Shown here in pieces: positions 25,957-35,300 of a stretch of DNA of 64,000 nt (positions are counted from its first letter, which is position 1; every line of letters starts with the position of its first letter). Where the stretch lies: the NCBI RefSeq assembly GCF_032444005.1, contig NC_091283.1, positions 811,580,001 to 811,644,000 on the forward strand. The letters run 5' to 3'. The translations under genes were made by a program, and so were the position numbers. The notes beneath the pieces were generated by a model, which worked only from the letters and a program-made list of their open reading frames with translations, had not been told where the DNA came from and searched no databases. Source of the DNA: Ranitomeya imitator (Eukaryota).

Positions 25957-28593
25957 CAATTATCTTTTTCATGCTCATGATATAAAGTAGTAATTAAAGG
26001 TTAATTTACATAAACCAACTGGTGGCACGAAATGACCTCCAATCAGCAAACTACTGACTGGCAGCCATTTAGTGCTGCTGGTTAGTTTTTGTAAATGAAC
26101 CTTAAAGGGAACCAGACAGTTCCCCCATACCTGGCTAAACCCACCAGAATATGTTTATTCCTGTCTAACAAGCCCTTTCTACAATATATGTAACTGCAGT
26201 GAATGGCAAAAAAAATAAAAAATAAATGTTTGCTATATGCTAATTAGCATTCGACTAGACGAGGTGGTGTTGATTTTCCCAGACTAGTCGTCCCAGTAAT
26301 CAGTATTCTCCTTCCAGCTACTGGCCTTCGGCTCCTCTGTGGACGGCAGGATACTTCACCATGATGCGCAGTGGGCCTATGAGGGCAAAGAACGTACACC
26401 CGGCTTCGTTGTGCACTGACATGAAATGATGAAAGTCGCACCCATGGGTGAAACTTGCAGAGTGCCAGCGGGAATGACGGCTCTTGCAAAGCATGGGATC
26501 ACAAGCACAAGGGTGTGATAACAAGGTGAGTGGAACGACTAGTCTGGTGAAACCAAAGCCCCCTCGACTTAATGATTAATGGTACAAACAGAGTGGATGT
26601 GCTTTATAGACATCCCACGCCCACCGTGCTTCTATTTGACACTGTAAACTCATCCGGGGTGCGAGTTTATGAGCCGCGGCATGTGAATTACTTCCAGTGG
26701 AGACGCCAGTTTTAGTCTCACCCATAGCCATTCAATACATGCTGTAAATCCGCATACTTCAATCAACACATGCGGATTTACCGGCGTAATTAGAACGCAG
26801 CATTTTGGATGCAGCAAACTTACGCCGCGTCCAAAACGTTGCTATATCCTGATTGTGGGCACATAGCCTGACCGATGCACATAAGCCGCCATTGTTATCG
26901 GCAGCTCGAGTCTTGTTTACACAGGACAATGTGCTGTCGAAAATAATGGGCTTTTGAGCAGCACCAGACGAACAAGTGTTTTTCTCATTCATCGGTTGAT
27001 AATAATCGTACTATGTGAACAGGCCGCCTAGCTGGAAAGCAGCAATCCTAGGAACGCAGTATCGCGATAATCCTGCAGTGTACATGGACCCGTAGTCATG
27101 ATAATAATCAGATTAAACACCGGTATCAGGACGTCCCAATGTCACCGTGAGCTGTTCATTAAACATTAAACCATCATGGGACGTCATTCACACACTTTAT
27201 CCATAAGAGTAGATAAATGGCTGGCTAATTATTTCATTAACACAAGATTACGTTTTATTACAGGAGGAAAATCAATGTGGCAGTAAAAAGTCAGGCGGCA
27301 GAGGTATAAAATGTGTCTGGTCTGGGAAGTATATTCTACATTAGATATTACTGCCTGCTGACCTGACATTAATGGTGTAGGTAAAGGAAAATGGTCATTG
27401 CAATATGCAAGAAAAAACCAAACACTTTCCCTACGGCTCAGTTCCTACAATGGGCGTTTGTTGCACCAATTAGGTTACCGTACTGACTTATTCCATTGCA
27501 TTTTGATATAATTCTGCTGTGTTTTTTTTGTCTCATTTTAGTCGTTCACTTTCCACTTTGTTTTTGACACTTTCTGGTATTTGGCATTGATAAAACCTTA
27601 TCGATTAAAGGGAACCAGTCACCGGTTTTTGAGCCTTTGAACAAATGGCACCACCTTTAATTGCTCCTGCGCTGCAGCGCACAAATATGTCTATCAGCTC
27701 CCAACTCCCCGTGTATACCCCCCAAAATATGCTGTTTTATGCTCTGCTCTCAGTCTGGCAGAGATTGTGCCCCTCTGAGGCTCCGGGGTAGCTTCATGTG
27801 GAGTTCTGCTTAGGTATTCATACTGATGGCTTATGACTAGTGATGAGCGAGTGTACTCGTCGCTCGGGTTTTCCCGATCACACTCGGGTGTCCTCCGAGT
27901 ATTTTTTAGTGCTCGGAGATTTAGTTTTCATCGCAGCAGCTGAATGATTTACAGCTACTAGCCTGCTTGAATACATGTGAGGATTCCCTAGCAACCAGGC
28001 AACCCCCACATGTACTCAGCCTGGCTAGTAGCTGTAAATCATTCAGCTGATGAAAACTAAATCTCCGAGCACTAACAAATACCCAGAGATCAGCAGAGCG
28101 TGCTGGGGAAAACCCGAGCAACAAGTACACTCGCTCATCACTGCTTATGATGGATCCCTGATCCCTCACTGACCTGCTCCCAAATTTACATACTGATTAT
28201 ATTATGTATTGGAAAAAAGAAAATCACATTCAGCAGGCAGCGGCACTTGCGCTGTAGCATGATCACATCTATAATGTCCACTTAGTTATTTTATTTGGTG
28301 GTATAAATGTAAAAAAAAAAATGCTCTCTCAAAATGTCTCCAGCCACACCTGCACAGTAGCATCTATTGGCGATCCGATAGATGCTACTGCACAGGCGCT
28401 GCCATCTTGGTGGAGACATTTTTTTTCCTCTGGCAAAATTGCGCCGCCACAGTAGAATCTATCGAATTGCCAATAGACGCTACTACACAGGCACAGCTGG
28501 AGCCATTTTGAGAATATTTTTTAAAATTTATACCACCAAATAAAATAATTAAATGGACATTATAGATACAATCATCCTGCAGCGCAGGCACGG

Positions 28594-29575
28594 CTGATCT
28601 GGTGGCATACACTGTACCTCTAGACACCTCCCCTGATCTGGTGGCATACACTGTACCTCTAGACACCTCCCCTGATCTGGTGGCATACACGGTATCCCTA
28701 GACACCTCCCCTGATCTGGTGGCATACACTGTACCTCTAGACACCTCCCCTGATCTGGTGGCATACACTGTACCTCTAGACACCTCCCCTGATCTGGTGG
28801 CATACACTGTACCTCTAGACACCTCCCCTGATCTGGTGGCATACACGGTATCCCTAGACACCTCCCCTGATCTGGTGGCATACACGGTATCCCTAGACAC
28901 CTCCCCTGATCTGGTGGCATACACTGTACCTCTAGACACCTCCCCTGATCTGGTGGCATACACGGTATCCCTAGACACCTCCCCTGATCTGGTGGCATAC
29001 ACTGTACCTCTAGACACCTCCCCTGATCTGGTGGCATACACGGTATCCCTAGACACCTCCCCTGATCTGGTGGCATACCCTGTACCTCTAGACACCTCCC
29101 CTGATCTGGTGGCATACCCTGTACCTCTAGACACCTCCCCTGATCTGATGGCATACCCTGTACCTCTAGACACCTCCCCTGATCTGGTGGCATACACGGT
29201 ATCCCTAGACACCTCCCCTGATCTGGTGGCATACACGGTATCCCTAGACACCTCCCCTGATCTGGTGGCATACACGGTATCCCTAGACACCTCCCCTGAT
29301 CTGGTGGCATACACGGTATCCCTAGACACCTCCCCTGATCTGGTGGCATACACGGTATCCCTAGACACCTCCCCTGATCTGGTGGCATACACGGTATCCC
29401 TAGACACCTCCCCTGATCTGGTGGCATACATGGTATCCCTAGAAACCCCCCCTGATTTGGTGGCATACACGGTATCCCTAGACACCTCCCCTGATCTGGT
29501 GGCATACACTGTACCTCTAGACACCTCCCCTGATCTGGTGGCATACACGGTATCCCTAGACACCTCCCCTAATCT
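28594..29575. repeat. 39-bp minisatellite, left block
   Basis: Unit CTGATCTGGTGGCATACACGGTATCCCTAGACACCTCCC with linked variant CACTGTACCT. Confidence 0.95.
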
Positions 29576-30191
29576 CTCGAAATTAGGAGAACTTAGAGTC
29601 AAAACTGGCCACAAAATATAACAAAGATAATATTTATTAAATAAATTTGAAACAAAAATGCAGATAAATAATAATCACTAATAGCAAGTGCACAGCAACT
29701 GCATCCTAAGCTACATCCGTGTCACCCAGGAGCCGGACAGGACTCTTCTTTGAACACATGGGTAATTTATCCACTTGAACTTCTTCTGATGTGTATATCA
29801 TTATATTTGGCATAGGTGATGATCTTTATTTTATTATGTGGGCACTGCATGTAGATTCCTTCTAAGATCACCATATGTCTGAGATGGTATAGCCCATGTG
29901 TAGATAGTACTTTGTTCTTAATGTTTTTTCATCATATGTTCTGTTTGTTACATTTAATTTGGGCCCTGTCCTGCGTACCTGGGTGACACGGATGTACCTT
30001 AGGATGCAGTTGCTGTGCACTTGCTATTAGTGATTATTATTTATCTGCATTTTTGTTTCAAATTTATTTAATAAATATTATCTTTGTTATATTTTGTGGC
30101 CAGTTTTGAGTCTAAGTTCTCCTAATTTCGAGTAATTTGATTTTGAGTCGCCATATATGTGCACTTTGTATTTATCACTGACGCCTATTTT
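29576..30191. mobile_element. 616-bp insertion with ~166-bp internal inverted repeat and 14-bp TSD (retrotransposed, Penelope-like architecture)
   Basis: Arms 29576-29741 and 29965-30132 are reverse complements; ACCTCCCCTAATCT duplicated at 29562-29575 and 30192-30205. Confidence 0.7.
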
Positions 30192-31232
30192 ACCTCCCCT
30201 AATCTGGTGGCATACACGGTATCCCTAGACACCTCCCCTGATCTGGTGGCATACACGGTATCCCTAGATACCTCCCCTTATCTGGTGGCATACCCTGTAC
30301 CTCTAGACACCTCCCCTGATCTGGTGGCATACCCTGTACCTCTAGACACCTCCCCTGATCTGGTGGCATACACTGTACCTCTAGACACCTCCCCTGATCT
30401 GGTGGCATACATGGTATCCCTAGACACCTCCCCTGATCTGGTGGCATACACGGTATCCCTAGACACCTCCCCTGATCTGGTGGCATACACGGTATCCCTA
30501 GACACCTCCCCTGATCTGGTGGCATACACTGTACCTCTAGACACCTCCCCTGATCTGGTGGCATACACTGTACCTCTAGACACCTCCCCTGATCTGGTGG
30601 CATACACGGTATCCCTAGACACCTCCCCTGATCTGGTGGCATACACGGTATCCCTAGACACCTCCCCTGATCTGGTGGCATACACGGTATCCCTAGACAC
30701 CTCCCCTGATCTGGTGGCATACACTGTACCTCTAGACACCTCCCCTGATCTGGTGGCATACACGGTATCCCTAGACACCTCCCCTGATCTGGTGGCATAC
30801 ACGGTATCCCTAGACACCTCCCCTGATCTGGTGGCATACACGGTATCCCTAGACACCTCCCCTGATCTGGTGGCATACACTGTACCTCTAGACACCTCCC
30901 CTGATCTGGTGGCATACATGGTATCCCTAGACACCTCCCCTGATCTGGTGGCATACACGGTATCCCTAGACACCTCCCCTGATCTGGTGGCATACACGGT
31001 ATCCCTAGACACCTCCCCTGATCTGGTGGCATACATGGTATCCCTAGACACCTCCCCTGATCTGGTGGCATACACGGTATCCCTAGACACCTCCCCTGAT
31101 CTGGTGGCATACATGGTATCCCTAGACACCTCCCCTGATCTGGTGGCATACACGGTATCCCTAGACACCTCCCCTGATCTGGTGGCATACCCTGTACCTC
31201 TTGACACCTCCCCTCATCTGGTGGCATACACT
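30192..31232. repeat. 39-bp minisatellite, right block
   Basis: Same unit, orientation and variants as 28594-29575. Confidence 0.95.
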
Positions 31233-31251
31233 ATCTCTAGTCTCCATTTAC

Positions 31252-31541
31252 AGGGAAAAAATGGATACACATGGATTCACTCTGCTGCTGAATAACTGGA
31301 AGTCCGGGCGTATTATCAATATAGATTGTGGTTTTTATTCATTCAATGCGTTTCAGAATTCTAAGACTTCTTCATCAGGAAACACCACAAAAGGGACATT
31401 TTGTGGTGTTTCCTGATGAAGAAGTCTTAGAACTTTGAAATGCGTTGAATGAATAAAAACCACAATTTATATTGATAATACGCCCGGACTTCCAGTTATT
31501 CAGCAGCAGAGTGAATCCACGTTTACCCATTTTTTTTCCCT
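31252..31541. mobile_element. 290-bp fold-back element with a hammerhead-ribozyme-like motif in each arm
   Basis: Arms meet at loop GGGACA (31393-31398); CTGATGA 31413-31419, stem II GAAGT/ACTTT, GAAA 31437-31440. Confidence 0.7.
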
Positions 31542-33339
31542 TCGGTTGGTCAAAATTGGACCTGTGGATCTGCTGCAGCAAATACTTCTATAAGCTAAAT
31601 TTTAGCTCCATCTGGTGAGTACAATTCAATCATATTAAACTATTTGTATCCCGGATAAAACCCTATTTGCGCTATGTTCTCCAGCAGCACTCATTAGTTT
31701 CCATTTATAAACAGAGGCTTAGCTTGGCTTTATGACAAAATACAATGAGGGTGAAAATATTCTAAATGTGAATTATTTACAAAAGTCACATTTCAGTACT
31801 GATACGTTGTCTTCTTTACAACAAAGTGTCCTGATAAACTAACGGAACCTAAATACAAGTGATCAAATCTTCTGTGGTGTTATCACATTGGTGTTAAATT
31901 AAAAGGGTTTCCCTAAGAATAAAGATTATTGTTTAAAGGCCCAGAAGTAAAAAAAAAGAAAAAAAATCACTTGCACCCTTCCCTCATAGTTCCCATTCCT
32001 ACACTTACACTGTCCTCGCTGGTCTGTGCTTCCTAATCCCTTCTAGGGAAAGGCAGTGGTGACCCGTCTCAGCCCATGGTTGGCGGAGATGCTTTTCCCT
32101 TGTGTCGAGAAGGGGGATCAGAGAATATTATTTCAATGTTCTGAGGTCTTTCAACGATAATTTATATTTCCTAGAAACAATTTTTTTTAATTGTTTGTGC
32201 TAGCATTTGATCAGGAAATAACATCACGATCACATCAAGGTCCAAATGATGGGACCCCCTACGATCCTAAAAACTGTGCTCTACAAAACCCCAAATGCAT
32301 GTAACAGGTCGAGCATGTGCCCCTCCACGTCATTCATTCTCTATGGGACTGCTGGGAAAAGCAGAGTACGGCGGCTCAGCCATCTCCGACAGTCACAACG
32401 AATGCCTGGAGCAGAGGTACGCATGCTCGACCTCCGTTCCATTAAGTCGAGGCTGTTTAAAGGCCACTTACTGGGATCAGTGGGGGTCCAAACAATTGGA
32501 CCCCAATCAATCAGGAAATTATTCTCCCATTCAATGGATAGGGGATAACTTTAAAAAGTTGACACAAACCATTTTTTTTGCAATTTTCATTTACCGTAAA
32601 TCAATGCGCTGGATTGATTAGGCAATCACTCTCTGCCCTAATCAGTAGGCTAGCTCATGGTTACGTATTAGGCCATTTTCAAAGTAGCGTAATATGGGTA
32701 TGTTTTTGGCAGTATTATGACAGCAACACCCAGACATGTAAATGTACGTTAAAAACTGTAGGATTATAGCATTCTGTGGTGCTCTAGATCTGGATCTGAT
32801 AACTGGGAAAGTGTTGTGCCTTTATTATGGGCAGAAAAAAAACCCTTTATTAGACTCGCCTGAATGTGCTCATAGACTAAGGCTTCATCCACACATCTGT
32901 GTGAGATGTCTGTGTCCTATCCTACTTCTTCTCAGACAGCACATTGAAGCACAGAATTGACCGGATCTATTCACGCATCCGTGAAATTCACAGATCAAAG
33001 TGTGAAATCCACAAGACTCATAGCAGATCCTATTCTGATCCGTGGTTACAGATGAGGATAGAACACGCTCTTATTCCCACGGATCCATTACTAAAACCGA
33101 TGAGTGTGTGGATCAATGAAACTATGGGTCCGTGTGCTGTCCAAGAAAATGTGTGACTGCTGCCCAAGTTTGCAAAAACTGTATATAATTATATTTTCCA
33201 TTGATGTGAGACTAAATAGTGACCACAGGAGTAGTACACGGAGCGAATTGTGTCCTTTAAAATGCCAGAAAGTGCTGGAGACATTGCTTTTCAGCATTTA
33301 CCGATTCGCACTTTTTGGTAGCAGCGAGACCCATATATA

Positions 33340-33702
33340 TCAACAGTCCAAACAATAGCCGGCACTCATATCTTCTTAAAAGAATTGACTTATTGATCTA
33401 GTAGTATAAAAGGCACAAAAATGGTTGAACACAACTGAACAAAAATTAAAAAGTCAGAAAATAAATATCTGCTGCTGTCCCAGGCAATATGTTTCAGGCC
33501 TCCATGATCCTTTGTCAAGCCTAAATTGACAAAGGACAATTCAGGTCTGAAACATGTTGCCTGGGAGAGCAGCAGATATTTCTTTTCTGACTTTTTAATT
33601 TTTGTGCAGTTGTGTTCAACCATTTGTGTGCCTTTTTTGCTGCTGTATCAATAAATCAATTTATTTAAGAAGGTGTGAGTGCCAGCTTTAACTTGGACTG
33701 TT
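33340..33702. mobile_element. ~360-bp fold-back element with variant hammerhead-like motif
   Basis: Arms centred on CTTTGTCAA-gcctaaa-TTGACAAAG; TTGACAAAGG...CTGAAACATGTTG motif in both arms. Confidence 0.6.
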
Positions 33703-35300
33703 GCTATTACTGGAGTGTTTTGCCGTGCACCCGAAAAGATTAGATGATTGTTCCTTTCTCAAATTTTCTATTATCTAGTGATACCCATATGTTTGGCTTC
33801 TATGATCTCATATCACACTGCTTTGCAGTTTTTAATAAATTTATATCATTTTTAAAACTTACAATAAAGATACTGACAAAAACACTTCATTAGATATCTG
33901 ACATTTATCCACTCTGGTGTACAATGTCCACACAATTTCAATGATGAAAATGGCAATGCATCTGAGCAGTTTCAAACGTCTAAGATTATGAGAGTACTGT
34001 GCTGTAGATCACCAATGCTAATACATTCCTCTAAAAAAAAAAGGTTATCAGCCGGAGTTCCTGGAGGTATACCATAAGGCTGGAATCACCCACACAGTTT
34101 TTGGTGCAGTTCGGACTGGCTGCTTGTCTCTTGGCCTGAACTCAACAGCCTTATTCATGTCTATGAAACTGATGAGTTTGGGTCGGCAGATATGCGATCA
34201 GTCCGTGCTCCACAGCACTGGTCACTACTGAGCACGTGCATAGAGTGCGGCACAGATTCATCTCAACTAAAAGTTAAGATCCTTAGATTAGAAACAGAAC
34301 AGACATTTAAAGAACAATTCAGAACTTTCCTAAATTCTTATGAAAACATTTATAGCACATCCTGCATTTTATTACTGTATCCAATTTATTATATTTTAGG
34401 AGTCCGAGTCGGTCAATTTTATACTGACTCAGACTCCACAGCCCTGTGTGAAACCGGCCTAAGATTATGTGCACACGAATCTTTTTGCAGAGTTTTCGGA
34501 GTAGTACTTTCAAGTTTTTGAATAGGATTTGGGGAGTCTCCGCTCAGTTTCTACTCCAAAACCTCCTAAAAAAAAAAACTGTGTGCACATACCCTATGGG
34601 TGGATTTACACATGGTAGATGTATTGCAGGAATTTCTGCACCTGTTCCGCTCATGTAAATGGAACTTGCAGAAATCCATGCACTTGCCACCAAAACAATC
34701 CCATTCAAATGAATGGAAATAATTCTCTGCTGCAGAAACTCTGGCAACTAAATCTGCCACATATGGAGCCACCCTTCAGGTTTGTGCACACTAGACTAAT
34801 CTACTGCAAATTTTGTCATAGAAATGCTGAATATTTCGTCCTTTGTATTGCAAAGAGTGAAGTTAGCAGATAAGGTCGGATTCACACATCCACCGTTCAT
34901 GGTTCGAGTACAGATCGGCTGCAGGTCCTCTAACCAGAGCTCAAAAGCCTCATATATCCCTTTGACGCTGTCAGGAGACCTGTAACCAGTCTGTTCTCGG
35001 ACCGCAAATATCAGATGTACAAAGCCGGCCTAAAAGCAGCAAAATTCAAACCCACAGCGCCGGTTGATTTACATTACAGATTTTATCTGCAGAATGTGAA
35101 CTAAATTTCAGAAAAAACAAAATTCAACCTCAATACTGCCACTGTAATAAACAGATTTCCCATCCAAAACATCTGCTGCATATAAGACCGATGTGCACAT
35201 TCATACACTTATTCTCTCTGCTTGAACTTCGGGGGGGAAAAAAAAAGGGTCAAAAACTGCACATGTGATTCCAGCATTAAAAAGTCTTTTTTTGTCCCCT

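Noticed and set aside
28594-31232. Regular direct repeats resembling a CRISPR array
   Set aside because: Units are head-to-tail with no unique spacers, no cas genes, eukaryotic context. Same applies to the 18-bp and 20-bp arrays.
28385-31295. 300-400 aa ORFs in several frames (SPDLVAYTVSLDT, MPPDQGRCL, ATRSGEVSRDTVY repeats)
   Set aside because: By-product of a 39-bp unit (multiple of 3) lacking stops in several frames; no unique coding flank or splice structure.
35225-35300. Poly-A tail or TSD of the retrocopy
   Set aside because: Only an A7 and a T-run on the sense strand; no convincing tail or duplicated flank.
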